A DNA stretch of 64,000 nt. Origin: Cyanidioschyzon merolae (Eukaryota). The first letter of the stretch is position 1. Each line of letters opens with the position of its first letter. The position numbers and the translations under genes are program-made. The notes beneath the pieces were generated by a model, which did no database searches, had not been told where the DNA came from, and saw only the letters and a program-made list of their open reading frames with translations. The stretch lies in assembly GCA_000091205.1 (NCBI GenBank), contig AP006501.2; one strand, given 5' to 3'. Positions 31,079 to 43,600 of this stretch are shown here, piece by piece.

Positions 31079-33142
31079 ATGAACCAGTCCATGCCCCATG
31101 AAACCGGTTCGGAACTTTTGGAAAAATTGTGTGGACTCCGTTTGGCTCAGCCTTCTGAGGCAGAAAAACGGAGTTTCGGACTGAATCTTGCACGCCTCCA
31201 GCAGGAGCTGGACTGGCGACGAGACCGTTTGAGTCTTGCGCAGCTACGCGCTCTACTCGACGCATCCGAAACCTTGTTGCCCGCTGAAGCACTTCCGAGT
31301 CTCCTGGACTGGGTGCAGGGGTGTCTGCACAGCACAGTGCCTCGCGCGGAGCGAGACGCGTTGTTCTGGGGCCTGGTAGCTGCCTGGGAGCGCCTCATAA
31401 TCCGTCTGCCGGTGTCGTCGCTGGTGCAGGTGTTGCAACGGAGCCCAACGAGCGCAACTACCTACAACGCCCTGCTATGTGCACTCTCGAGGCGCTCGCG
31501 TCGCTCAGATGCCGAACAGCTTTGGCGTTCGCTCCTAGCGAAACGTGTTCCACTTGCGCCCCATGCCATAAGCTGCGTTCTGGAAATGTATCTGCGCGCC
31601 AACATGCCCGAACACATTCCAATGCTTTTTGAAAAGTTGGCGGTGCACGGTGTCCACCTCGATACCATCGCCCTGAACGCTTTATTGCACTGTATGTGCC
31701 GGATGAGCCGAGTACGGGAATCGCTGGTGCTCTTTCGTATCATGCGCGCGCACCGCGTCGCAGACACCCCTAGTTACAATATCCTGCTGAGTATGTGCCG
31801 GCGGCTTGGGCTCGTCTCCAGTGCGCTGGCGCTGAAAGCGGATCTCGATAGCCAACCGCATCTGGAACCGGACGCGCTGACGTATTCGCTTCTGATGACG
31901 CTGTTGACTACTGCTGACCGACCTCTGGAGACACTGGCACTCTACCGTGAGATGGAGGCGAGGAAACTCCCGCTAACAGGACCTGCCCTGAACGCCTACG
32001 TTGGCTTCTTGTTTGGAAGGGGAAAATTCGAAACGGTTTGGATCGTGTACGCCAAGGCCGTTCAAGCCTGCGAGGCGCGCTTGCAAATGCAGCGAACCGA
32101 GGAACTCGGGCATGGTACTGCGACTGCAGCGAACGATCAAGTCGTTTGGAAGCGCCCAGTGCCGCCCGCGTCCTCAGACGAGACGGATCCTGTTCCAGAT
32201 CGCGAACGTTCTGGACTGGCGAAACTCTCTGAACCCGCCGCGCGTCGACAGGCAGCTCTTGCAGGATTAGGTGCATCCGCTGAAACTTTCGCTCATGTTG
32301 TGCTGGCTTGTGTCAAGAGTCTGCAGAAACCGGAGGCTGTCCAAGCGTACAGCGACATGCGCCTCTGTGGTTATCGTTTGAACAGCGGAGGCTACAATGC
32401 CCTGGTAGAGTTGTGCTGCCGCAGCGCTGATATCGCTCGTGGGCTGGAGCTTTTCGCGGAAATGCGGCGTATTGGCCTTGAGCCAAATGTGACGGCATAT
32501 ACTTTGGTCATCAGGGATATGGCGAATGTCGCCACTGATGTGCAGCGACAGCTCAACGCTATCTCGCGTGCGGATATCGCAACGCAACGCTCCGCTCTGG
32601 ATGCAAAGGTGCTCCAAGAGCGGGTACAACTTCTTGTCAAGCAAGCGCTGCATTATTTTGCCGAAATGCGTTCCCGTTCCTATGCACCGAGTCGAATGCT
32701 ATACAAGGCACTGGTACGCGCGTGCGCAGTGTCCGGACAGAGCAAGCGCTTAGCAGATCTCTTGCTGGAAGGGGATTCTGCAGCGCCAGCGATCGAGCAG
32801 CTTGTTGCAGGTGAACTCGTGGAGTCGCTTCTTGATGAGGGACACCACGCAACCGCCGTGCAACTTGTCGAACACTTTGCTGCTCTGGGGGTGCGTCTTA
32901 GTGTCATAACCTGTCGCACGCTGATTCACACGCTGTATCGTATTCGAGATGCCCAGGGCATTCTGCGTATCTGCTCGCTGATGCTGCAGCACGGCGTCGA
33001 AATCAATCATATTACGCTGCGGATGATCGAGCGTGCGTTGATGCACCATGAATTACCTCCGAATATACCAGCAGAGATTGGAGAGCGAGCCCAAATCCTC
33101 CTTAGTCGACTGAGGGCCAGTCAAGGCTATGCTCGTCCGTAA
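31079..33142 (+). CDS. Pentatricopeptide-repeat (PPR) protein, probably organellar RNA-binding. The 5' end is uncertain
   Basis: Repeated 35-aa helical PPR motifs: 'TYNALLCALSRR', 'SYNILLSMCRRLGLVSSALAL', 'TYSLLMTLL', 'GYNALVELCCRSADIARGLELFAEMRRIGLEPNVTAYTLVI'. The ORF opens at TTG 30737. In-frame ATGs lie at 30878 and 31079. Confidence 0.65.
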   Translation: MNQSMPHETGSELLEKLCGLRLAQPSEAEKRSFGLNLARLQQELDWRRDRLSLAQLRALLDASETLLPAEALPSLLDWVQGCLHSTVPRAERDALFWGLVAAWERLIIRLPVSSLVQVLQRSPTSATTYNALLCALSRRSRRSDAEQLWRSLLAKRVPLAPHAISCVLEMYLRANMPEHIPMLFEKLAVHGVHLDTIALNALLHCMCRMSRVRESLVLFRIMRAHRVADTPSYNILLSMCRRLGLVSSALALKADLDSQPHLEPDALTYSLLMTLLTTADRPLETLALYREMEARKLPLTGPALNAYVGFLFGRGKFETVWIVYAKAVQACEARLQMQRTEELGHGTATAANDQVVWKRPVPPASSDETDPVPDRERSGLAKLSEPAARRQAALAGLGASAETFAHVVLACVKSLQKPEAVQAYSDMRLCGYRLNSGGYNALVELCCRSADIARGLELFAEMRRIGLEPNVTAYTLVIRDMANVATDVQRQLNAISRADIATQRSALDAKVLQERVQLLVKQALHYFAEMRSRSYAPSRMLYKALVRACAVSGQSKRLADLLLEGDSAAPAIEQLVAGELVESLLDEGHHATAVQLVEHFAALGVRLSVITCRTLIHTLYRIRDAQGILRICSLMLQHGVEINHITLRMIERALMHHELPPNIPAEIGERAQILLSRLRASQGYARP

Positions 33143-35109
33143 ATTACCCAGAATGCCTGAAATTGTTGGTGCCCGGCACGTAGATATCGGGGTCGCGGAC
33201 GCATTCGTGGATCCATCGCCAGCTCAATGACTAGTGCTCTATACTCATTTACGATTAAAATGGAGCGGGTCCACAAACACAGGCGCGTATGCGAAAGTCG
33301 GGGCTTCTTCCAGTTTTCATCAGTATTAGCCATTTTGGGCTTTCTCTGCGGCTCCTTTCCAATCTCTGTGTTATCTTCGAGTTGAGCGTGTGCAGGTGAC
33401 CTCTGTCGTTCGAGCTCCGGTGTCCAAAGTCGAAGAACGTACACGACAACGTTCAAGTCCCGGTTTCGCTGCTTCTAGCAGTTCTCTATGCATTTCATGC
33501 AGTGGCGGATGTTGAACTCGACGCTTCGCTCCGTATTTGCACCTCCATTGTATACATCCTCGGTGCGCACTTCGCAGCGATGATATTTGGCTATGGTCAG
33601 TGTTCCTCTTCCGCGTGGTTACGCGTACCTCTTCGGCGTAGTGGCACCCCGTGACGCGTGAACGCTTGCTTCAGCGCTCGCGAAATGCCCATGACCGGCA
33701 GGGAAGGTGCTGCCTCATGTCTTGTTTTGTTCTCGTGCCCAGTGCGGTACTCCGCGAGCACAGGCTTCTCCTGGACAGTCCATGTAGCGAGGATGCTGCC
33801 CGCTGCACACATAAGTGCGTGCTGTCCCAGGTCATAGAGGAATTAAGGAATACGATATATTGCATCATGAAACAAGTACCGAAACAAAATCTAGGATGGA
33901 GAACAGCCCAAGAAATTTCCACCTGTCTATGCGCTCTCAGCGCAAATCGATGACGCAAGCTCCGCGCAAAGTCATCGCTGCGACGGCTGAATTCCGAGTC
34001 CAAGGCGCTTTTCCATGGAAACAGAAGAAACGGAACCTCTGGGAGCATATCTTGTGACGAGTGATATACTGCGCTCGAGTCCTGTTTCACCGATGGCCAC
34101 GAAGGTATGAAAATTTGCCCTGCGAACAGAGTCGATTTGACTTGACGTGAAGAATGAAGTCGACGTTCAGCATGAGCTTGTAAACCAATCGTCAAGGGAT
34201 GAGGTCCAGTTGTTTTGGTAGCCAATCCATTGGCGCCAGTTGCAACGGCCAGAAAAGCCTTGAATCGAAAGCACCGAAAAACTGAAGCATTCATGCTTTG
34301 GGCATGCCACACATAAATAAAGAAGATTGTCGAGACATGTACGTATGTGTTGCATAGTGGTGTCGATGGTTTTACCAAGGCTTGTTCAAGTGCGTCGCGA
34401 ATGATCTTCGTTCATTTGACATAAAGAATCCCAACCCAACAACCTCGAAGAAGCCATGCCCAAAAGCAGACCGAAATTCTTAGAACGACGCAAAGACTCG
34501 AAAGTCCTTGTTGCTGCGCTTCAAGTATCGAGGCTGTACATCGGAAAAAACTCCGCGTACAACCGGAACGCAGGAACGTAGCGATCAGTTGGGCATGCCA
34601 TTCTAATCTGACACGACAGGAAATAGATGAAAACGGCGCTTTACGCAAACTGACCACAGCACGCGCGCTACGGAGCAGTCTTGTTGAATCCACCGATCCG
34701 ACATCCCGCGAAAGAATGCTCGGTGAATGGGGTTCGCACACACGCGCCATCCAGGCGCCCTGCGCAAACCGGCAGCAACAGTTGAACGCCTTGAGGCTTC
34801 GCGGACGAAACCGCGATACAACAAGCGAGCCGACACTACCGGATGCAGAGTCGCGCTTGTGGCGCTGCCCAGACAAGCCAGACGCCCTCTGATGCGTCTC
34901 GGGAGAGCGCCTGCGCTTCTTTCGGACCGAAAGGAACACATTCCATGCGTCCAGCAACGTTACTGAGGTTCTTTCCGCACCGACCAGGGGCTCTGGATTA
35001 CTCGTAGTCGTCTGTTCTCCTAGATGCTCGCAGAATACGCCATCCCTGTCGATTCCTTACGTGTCCAGAAGGCGAGCAATCCAGTACCTAGACGTCAAGC
35101 TCAAGTCGT

Positions 35110-36414
35110 TCAGGCATCGTCGTGATCGTTTGCGAAGGAGAGAACCCCGAAAAGAATGAAGAGAATGCCCCCACAAAGCGCAATAAAGCGCTCAGGAATC
35201 TTGTGCGCTACCAGACGCCCGCCGACTACCGCTAAACCCGTACAGAGCAGATGACCCAATACCGCTCCGAGCACAACGCCGTGGATATTTCGATGGGCGG
35301 CAAGAGCGATGGTTGCGATTTGACTGCGGTCGCCCCATTCAGCTAAAAAGGTCAGCGTAAACGCCCGTAAGAACAAGGGTGAAAAGCACAGTTGCGCCAG
35401 TGTCTCTATCACGCGGATTTTGTCGCGAGCAATATTCAGCCAGGTCGAAGGGCCCGGCATTGAGCTCTGCTCTGTTCGCGTCCCTGCGTCGGGCAACGGA
35501 CGTCCATCGTCGCCTGGTGTCCAGCTCGGGCGCTCTCGATCCCGTGAAAGCTTCTCTTCGAGCGCCTGGAGGTCGAACTCGCTTCCATTGGCGCCCTCGG
35601 CAGCGACTTCACAAGTCGTGCTTCCATCGTTCGATTCAGTATCGATTTCTCCTCCGGCACGGTTCCGTTTCTGACAAAGCCGCCAATAATCCCGTAGCAT
35701 CTGTACGCCAAAATAGACGAAAAGGACACCAGCCAGAATACTCGTATACTGAGGCGAGAACAGGGTGGGAAACGTGCGCCCGAGCAGCGCAGACAAAACC
35801 GTCATAATGACGAGCGCGCCCAGCGCACCCTGCAGAACAGTGAAACGGGAGTGGCGCGCAGCCAGCACCGCTGCAATGAAGAAAGTTTTGTCACCAAGCT
35901 CCGTCACTAGAATCATCCCCAGCGACTGGTAGGTAGCTACAGAAAAAGAGCGCGCTTTCAGCTCTTTCAGAACCGACCTGCCATGAGCGTGTTGCTCTCG
36001 TTTGGCAAGCGTTATATGCACCCCGCTCTTCCTCGTTAAAGTATCCGCAGTCTGCACGGGATCCTGCATATCGTTTCTTGCCCGAACCGAGGCGCCAGAC
36101 TCAGAGGCGCTGCCCCCGGCCGCAGTGTTTTGTGGAGCTGCCTCCACATTCAGCAAACAGACAAGTGTCAGAGCACAGATCAAAAGCCCAGCCAGGATCA
36201 AGCGATAATTGCAGGTGCGCTCTAGGACGCTGGCTGCTGGTCTCTTGCGTACACGACCCGAACTTGGTTGTGGATCGAGATACCCGCCCGGGCGCAAGTG
36301 CTCGCCGCAGCAACGAGAAGCGAGCTGCTTGTTCGCTTCAGACGTAGCGAACGAGTCCCGGTTCAGCAGCTCGTTCCCGCTGCACAGCTTTGCTCGTGCA
36401 GTGCACCGTGTCAT
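35110..36414 (-). CDS. GDT1/TMEM165/PAM71-family (UPF0016) cation (Ca2+/Mn2+):H+ transporter
   Basis: Two copies of the family signature E-x-G-D-[KR]-[TS]: 'ELGDKTFFIAAVLAA' and 'EWGDRSQIATIALAA'. Multiple TM segments. N-terminal extension with a hydrophobic anchor. ATG at 36414 verified. Confidence 0.85.
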   Translation of the reverse strand: MTRCTARAKLCSGNELLNRDSFATSEANKQLASRCCGEHLRPGGYLDPQPSSGRVRKRPAASVLERTCNYRLILAGLLICALTLVCLLNVEAAPQNTAAGGSASESGASVRARNDMQDPVQTADTLTRKSGVHITLAKREQHAHGRSVLKELKARSFSVATYQSLGMILVTELGDKTFFIAAVLAARHSRFTVLQGALGALVIMTVLSALLGRTFPTLFSPQYTSILAGVLFVYFGVQMLRDYWRLCQKRNRAGGEIDTESNDGSTTCEVAAEGANGSEFDLQALEEKLSRDRERPSWTPGDDGRPLPDAGTRTEQSSMPGPSTWLNIARDKIRVIETLAQLCFSPLFLRAFTLTFLAEWGDRSQIATIALAAHRNIHGVVLGAVLGHLLCTGLAVVGGRLVAHKIPERFIALCGGILFILFGVLSFANDHDDA

Positions 36415-38102
36415 GGGCGAGCGCAGGTCACCACAACCGTAACTGCAGACGACAGCGCCTCAACCTTTGCCTCAACTCGGCAGACCGGACGTCGGATCCC
36501 TGTCGTTCTGCTGTGCACGGGCGATACGCTGCAACGGACTTGCGGATGCGCTGACGGACGAATCGGACACCCAGATCAGGTCGATACAGCGTCATTCTGT
36601 GTCACATTGTGTCACTATATATCAGTGCGTAAGGCTACATGGCGCGATGTTTCTATGTAGTTCGCTTGATCATGTTATGTACTAATAAATACCATTTTGT
36701 TCCTGGTGGGATGCGCGGCTGGCGCTCTGTTCACTGCGCGCCACGTCTTCACGAAGCAGATACTACGCATGCCGTCTTCGACTAGACAGTACTGGATACT
36801 GTGAAAGCGTACGGATCCGATTTATTTTGTTTGACAAAACGCTGCCGTATATAATGGATCCCAGATAGCGGGATCGATATTGGTAATCGAGAAAGCGTTC
36901 ATCATGATGCACTCTACTTCCAAGTTACATTTCCAATGCTTCCTTCCAGGTACACGAGTCGTTTTGTACGTTCTGTCGTGCACCTAACCTGCCTTACTGC
37001 GTTCGCAATAGCTGCTAGACCGCTGGTGCGGATGCAGCACGGAGACGGAACGGCTATGCCATAGCAATGAGGGTGTCGGCTCGAAGCCTGGTTCACCTGA
37101 TACGGGGTTGGGGTTCATGATCATTCTGGGAGCTTGGAAACTGTGCGGACAGACCTAATGCCCGCATCAGCGCGAAGCGATATACCATCAGGCCACTGCA
37201 GTCGGGGCGACAACCGGATGCATTCTTCCCGCTCCTAATCCCAGAATAATCTGCGTCTCAAACGAGTTGTCCATGGATGGTCACAGCACCCGTCATAGGG
37301 TGGAGCGTACAGCACGAGCCGCACAGACCCGTCCAGCTCACGCGACCTTCCGCGTAGAAGGTGGGCTTTGGGAAACACGGAACAGTGTTCCCACTCCCAA
37401 CGCTCACCGTAGACGAGGAACGATGTTGCTATTTCGTTGCTACCCAGTGATTAGTTTCTGTTCTTTCGACACAGTTACAGCTAGTAAGTCGTTCGTTTCT
37501 GTAGTTTTATGCGCTCGCCCATAGAAAAGAGCAACCGCACTGATCCGATGCTTGGGGTAGCCACGTGCCTGCTGCATGGGTCAACCTTTTCCGTGCAGCG
37601 GATCCATACCGGGCATACAAAAGTCCTGGCGTGACTGAATCGAGACCAAGTCTCGTTTTTTTACATACTGGTATGGAAGATATTGTTGGCTGCGTTCGGA
37701 TGTGTCAATGCTGCGAGTAACTGGGCTAGGAACTCGCCATCAGCTGATCATCCCATAGATCCCAAACTGAAATCCATTGGTATGCGGCGAATCTGCCTGC
37801 ATGACCGGTGACGGAGAACGTAGTCGCCGACCTCGATGCCCGCCAAGACGCTCACGCTGGAACGAGCGTGGTATCCTCTAAAGCTGGCGGCAAGCGGTTC
37901 TTTCGGGCAAGCCCCGCCACAAGTTGCGATCAGCCTCAGCGCAGTGCCTGTATCCAGTCGTGAGAGTCGGTTCCGAAGTACCACTCGCTCGCAGTAACCC
38001 GAAACTGAGTGCACCTTCACCAGAACAGGAAACTTGTAAAAGTTGCTGAGTTTCGAACAGCGAGCAACGTGAAACGCAGCGCAGCCGAATAGGTGCATGT
38101 GC

Positions 38103-38119
38103 CACACACACACACACAC
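38103..38119. repeat. (CA)8 microsatellite
   Basis: 'cacacacacacacacac' visible. Confidence 0.9.
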
Positions 38120-38478
38120 GTGCAGAGTCGTTGATCGAAGATTTGGAAGCGTTGCGCTCCTCTCGCTCGATGTCTTGCCTTCCTAGAAGTGTATCAAGCA
38201 TGCCCCACCGCCATCATCCGACGCATGGAGCCATTGTTCGAGACGCAGCGTGGCAGCGCTGAGCCCTTTCGGCAAATGCCGCGCAGCTGGAGGCAAGTTT
38301 GTTTGCCAATCACCAACAAGCTACAGCGACGCACCACGAACGAGGTCTCGTCATTGCGATAACAGTCCCTGCAGATAGATGCTCGATTGGTTCCGTCGTC
38401 ATTCCTCGCAGCAACCAGGCTCCAGCATGATCTGGCGAGCCCCACGGGCAGCGTACCGTGTCGAATGTGGTCGCAGCA

Positions 38479-39897
38479 TTAGTCGATCTCGTCCCAGAGG
38501 TCCGGGCTCGCGTCGACATCTACCCATTGCCGCTGAACGCGTTCGGCGAATACGGTGGCCAAATACTCGCCCGGGTGACCATACAATTCACCGGTATTCG
38601 CCTTGCCCCAACTGAGAATAAATTCCGGATACTTGTCCGGCAAACCGGCATTTTCGCGCTGACGCCGCATGAGCTCCAGGTAGGGGTTCACAGAAACCAA
38701 ACAGTAACCTTCAGCGCGCAACTTTGACGGGAACCGCAACCGCAGCCGCTCTTCGAGCCTCCTCGGGACAAAGTCGCCAACCAGATAAACATAGTTTCCT
38801 CCGAAATACCGAACGACTGTTTTTGGAGTCCCCAAACACAGCAGAATCTCAGGTTTGAGAAAGCGATCGCGCTGGATATCGGGAATTCGCGGTCCCCGAA
38901 GCACATCCCAACCAGACGGTACATCGACACTGATCAGCGGCAGTTGCGACTCCGATAGCGTCTGAATGAGCGGCTGGAACGCTGCCGCTGCGGCTTCTAG
39001 ACCCCCGATGGGATCACTCCAAGTTGCGTCGGGGGTCGTAGCACCGGCATCGCCCAGTTTTTCAGATCCGTACAAATCCATATCAGCGCCAACGAGCGCA
39101 TCGATAACCAGGTCGAAGTAGAAGTCGAGTGTGCGCGGTACAAAGCCCAGCGTGTCAACACCGACACCGCGGGCGTTCGCCAGCCCGGTTTCCCGTCTCG
39201 CTGGAACCTGCCACAATTCTCGCTGGGCGGAGAACCATTGCTCATCCTCTTTGGAGAGCGAGACGCTAAACCACGGAGCACTCGGATCAAAGTCTGCTAT
39301 CAAACACACCGCATGGCCAGCGCGAGCGAGTGCAGATGCCAACTCAATACCGTAGAGTCCAGTGAGCCACGGGCCAGCACATACGAGGATGCGCATTTTG
39401 CGGGTCCCAGCAAAGCGTTCTATAACGGGCAACGTTCCTTCACACAGCTTTTCGAGGAGTGCATCTAACGAAATTTGACTTGGGACCAGTTCACGCAGGA
39501 TGAGGCTGTGCTCTAAACGCGTAAGCGATCGCGGCAAAGCATCAACCACAGTACCTGGGGAGCCTTGCTTGAAATGCAGCTGACGAGGTTCCAGTCGGGC
39601 TGCGACCTCTGCGAACCCATCCGGCTCTCCACCGCTGACATCGTCTATGTTTTCAGGCGCTGCCCGAGCATAGACGCCAATAGCTCGTTTCTGCACCAGG
39701 GGCACTGCGGGTGTGTCGGAAACTCGCCGCTGCAGTTTGTGGAGGCAGGCACCACGTCTCTTGTTTGTCAGGTGGCGCTGTGCCTCTCGCACTGCCCGTT
39801 TCCAGCGTGTAGTTGCAGAGCTACGAACCCTGCAGGCGTCGCTGTTGATACGCAGCTGCCGCTGCGTGGAGCTTCCGTCCCCCTGAACGCTGAACAT
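38479..39897 (-). CDS. YjeF_N-domain protein (NAD(P)HX-epimerase fold) with a degenerate Gly-rich catalytic loop. It is probably a non-catalytic, EDC3-like scaffold
   Basis: 'ILVCAGPWLTGLYGIELASALARAGH', 'DLVIDALVGADMDLYGS' and 'PLISVDVPSGWDV' match YjeF_N blocks (VLVLCGPGNNGGDG / DLIVDALFG / PVVSVDIPSGWDVE), but the GNNGGDG loop is replaced by WLTGLYG. The ORF opens at GTG 40032 and the first ATG is ~39897. Upstream exons are possible. Confidence 0.55.
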   Translation of the reverse strand: MFSVQGDGSSTQRQLRINSDACRVRSSATTRWKRAVREAQRHLTNKRRGACLHKLQRRVSDTPAVPLVQKRAIGVYARAAPENIDDVSGGEPDGFAEVAARLEPRQLHFKQGSPGTVVDALPRSLTRLEHSLILRELVPSQISLDALLEKLCEGTLPVIERFAGTRKMRILVCAGPWLTGLYGIELASALARAGHAVCLIADFDPSAPWFSVSLSKEDEQWFSAQRELWQVPARRETGLANARGVGVDTLGFVPRTLDFYFDLVIDALVGADMDLYGSEKLGDAGATTPDATWSDPIGGLEAAAAAFQPLIQTLSESQLPLISVDVPSGWDVLRGPRIPDIQRDRFLKPEILLCLGTPKTVVRYFGGNYVYLVGDFVPRRLEERLRLRFPSKLRAEGYCLVSVNPYLELMRRQRENAGLPDKYPEFILSWGKANTGELYGHPGEYLATVFAERVQRQWVDVDASPDLWDEID

Positions 39898-40625
39898 CAG
39901 CCTTTGCAGTCGTCGTGCGTAACGCAAACGCAGCTGCGTATCCTGGGACGAGTCGCTGGTCACTCCAGCGTCACTCAGATGCAAACACGACGAACAGAGG
40001 CTTTCCTGAAGATACCCAGCAAACTCGCCCACAGACCCGAGTAAACGTCGGGCGCGCTTCGCGTCCCGCCTCGGAGTCGGCTCTCGGAGCGACCCGCCTC
40101 ACTCGATTGAAACCCCAGACGCGACGAGAGGAAAGATTTCGAGCCTCCACTTGACTGGGCTTTAGGCAAAACGACTAGTGAAGACGCTTGAACGCGATGC
40201 TCCTGAACGTTTCGAAAACCGGGAGCCTCCCTGGCACAGGAGCGCGTTTCTGGCGCTGGGGAGCGCGAGTCGTTTGACAGCCTCCGGTGACGTCTCGAGT
40301 CGTGGCAAACCCGGTGCGTCAATTCCAGTACCAAGCTTCACTGGAAACTGTGGAATCCTAAAAGTTTCTGATCCCGCCAGACTGACTATCTCATAACGAT
40401 TTCTGCACTAACCCAGGAACAAAGGACCTCTAGCACGGGTTGTCTTGAAGCAGGTTTGACCGTTGCCGCGGCAGCAACGCGAGTACAAGCGTCTCGAGCT
40501 CCATCTCGAGTGGCGGTTGGCGTTCGGGGATCCCGCGGTGAGCCTTTCCCAGCATAGGATGTATCTACAATATATCCAGCCCATGAAATCAATATAAAGT
40601 CTCGATTATTTATTATTAGAATAAG

Positions 40626-43600
40626 ATGAGTGCCTCTTTATCGCGGAAAAGAGCGCACACTGCTGCAGCGCTCGCTTCTGCAGGGGAAGTTTCGGTGAAA
40701 CGAGCAGCTGCGTTTGAATCTTTCGGCGATTACATGGCGGTGAAGGAGCATAAACTACGTGAACAGCAACGAAAAGATGCACAAGCTGCAACGGGGTGTC
40801 AAAACCTCGATAGTGGTCCGATGAGAGGGGTCTGCATCTGGGTGGACGGTCGCACGGATCCACCACGTGAGGTCCTGCGCACCCTCATCACCCGTGCGGG
40901 TGGACGTTTCGAGACCTACCTGCACCGCGACTTGGTAACGCACGTAGTCGCTACGCACTTTGCAAAAGGCCGAGCAAAGGAGCTTCGCAGAGCCGCTCAA
41001 AAGCTCGGTGGCGGTGCTGGTCGCGCGTTGAACGTCGTCTCGCCCGCCTGGGTTGTCGATAGCGTCCGAGCAGGGCGACCGCTACCAGAATGGAAGTACA
41101 GCGTTGACGACGTCAGCAGAGACGCTCAACAAACGACGCTACCTGGTCAGACACTGCGATCGATCGATGCACTAGTACGATGCGAAACGAACGTAGCATC
41201 GCACGTGTCGGCTGCAACAACACAGAAGCAGCAGCGCGAAACGACTGTCGATCCGAGCGGTGCGCTGAAAGCGGATGAAGTTCCATCTTCACCTCTGAAT
41301 ACTAGACTGGATCAGGTTGCGTACCCGGCCAATCATGAAGAGAGTTTCCCACATCTGGGTGAACTGGCGCTGCCAGAGACAACCATGCGCGGCTTGCGCT
41401 CGAGCCGAGAGACTCCTAACTTTGTCCGCGAATTCTTTGCACAGTCACGGCTTCATCTGATTGGCTCTTTCCGAGAAACTTACGAAGGAATTTTACGCAA
41501 ACTTCAACGAGATTTGCATTCGATAGTGGCCGATGCACCGCGGACCCTACCCCATAGCTCTTGTTTTGTCCTCCACGTGGATATGGACGCTTTTTTTGTG
41601 TCCGTTTCTCTGGCGAAATACCCGCATTTGCGCGGGAAACCAGTAGCTGTATGTCACTCGGGCTCTGGAGAACACAGTCGTGCAGAGATTTCGTCTGCTT
41701 CGTACGAGGCTCGCGCTCGGGGTGTTCGCGCGAATATGTTCTTTGGTGAAGCGCTGCGCCGCTGTCCCGACCTGGTGATGATTCCGTACGACTTTGCTGC
41801 ATACAAGGAAGCCTGTGAGCGATTGTATCGAATCCTCTTCACGGAAGCTGATGTTGTGGAAGGCGTGAGCATTGACGAAGCCTATCTATTGCTGCAGCAC
41901 TGCGAAAACGTCACGCAGGCGGAGGCGATGGCAGCCCGAATCCGCCAGCGCATAGTCACTGAAATTGAAGGTTGCACAGCGTCCATTGGCATCGGAAGAA
42001 ACAAACTTTTCGCTCGCTTAGCGACCAAGCACGGAAAAGAGAAACTCGGTCAGGGTTCTCAGTTCGTGCTCGTTGATCGAGCGCACCCGCTGGGGTTCGG
42101 AACACCAATGGGTGCAGACCTGCGCTCCTTTCTCGACGAATTGCCGGTGAGGTTCGTGTCCGGGGTCGGCTGGAGCACAGAGGAACGGCTCAGGGCAGCC
42201 GTCGAAGCTGTTGCACCCGAATCGCTGCAAGCGCAACAGCCTTTGAAGGTTGGCACCGTTCGTGCACACCTGACTCTGTCGATGTTCGAGAAATCGCTGG
42301 GCGCTGTTAACGGCAATCGAATCTATCGCCTTCTTCATGGAGAGGATCCGCGTCCGGTTCAACCTATGGGACCGCGCAAGTCTGTCAGTGCCCAGATTGG
42401 CTGGGGTGTACGATTCCTGGCCACGGAGGAGGACAAGGTGCGCAAGTTTATGACTGACCTTGCTCTGGTAGTAGCGGAACGATTACGAGAAGCGCGTATC
42501 GCTCGCTGCAGTGTGGTCACTGTCACCGCACTTCGTCGTCAAACTGGCGCAGGTATGCCCTACAAACCGCTCGGGCACGGGCTATGTGATGAGTTCTCCG
42601 CAACGAGCCCCGTAGAATGGTATGTTTGTGCAGGCGATCCATGTCTGCAGTCGAAAGTGGATGCCGATTTTGCAGACATTGTCTGGAACCTCTACCAGGG
42701 CCTGCAAATAGCACCTGATGCCCTGCGCGGTGCTGGCGTGCACGCCCGCAAACTCGTAGAAGTGCCCGCTCACTCTGGAATCGTACAGCCGGCCTGTGCT
42801 TCGGGCAAAGATGGACCGCTGTCGAATGTGCCGCAACAGTTGCCGCTACCTGCTGCCTGGCGATCGCGTTCATCGACAAACGCAGCGGATATGAGCTGTG
42901 CAGATGCTGCGGACAAGCAGCAGCCTCCGCCTCCGCCTCCGCCTCCACGAACGATTCCATTGGCGATGCCCGCGGCAGTGACTCCACGCGACCGCAAGCG
43001 CTCTCTTGCTTCGTTGCCTTCGAATGCAGTATCGATGCGCAGCACTCGCCGGACCCCGGCATCTTCCGGTGCTTTTCATATCGCTGACGCAGCGTCGGCT
43101 GATAAAGCCGGAAACTCAAAAGAAGGGCAGAAACTTTTCAAACAAGCCCATGGTGGCGAATGGAACGAGGCGACAGGGATCAGGAACACGCGGCCGCCGA
43201 CCCCGCCTGATGTCGATCAAGAAGTATGGCATGCTTTACCGATAGAGGTGACCCGTCAAGTCTGGAAAGAGAATCTCGCTCAGGAGCAGCTACGTCGATG
43301 GAAGCTGCATCGTTCACGTCATGCAAACGGCGTTCTGGATCCCACGGTGCCTATGTTTCAACCTTCATTGCCGCTGTTTTCAGAAATAAGATCTAGACAA
43401 GTCGCGCTCAACGGGGCAGTGCTGTACGCTCGAGATCTCCAGAGCTTCTGGCGCACCACGAAACCCGTCCGAACAGCTGAACGCCCCAGTGGTAAGACCT
43501 ACGGGTTCGAGGACCGTTTGCGCGGGCGTGTTCCAACGGTAGCAGCAGCAGCAGCAGCAGCATCTGTAGCAACTGCAACGGAACCGATGCTATCACTGGC

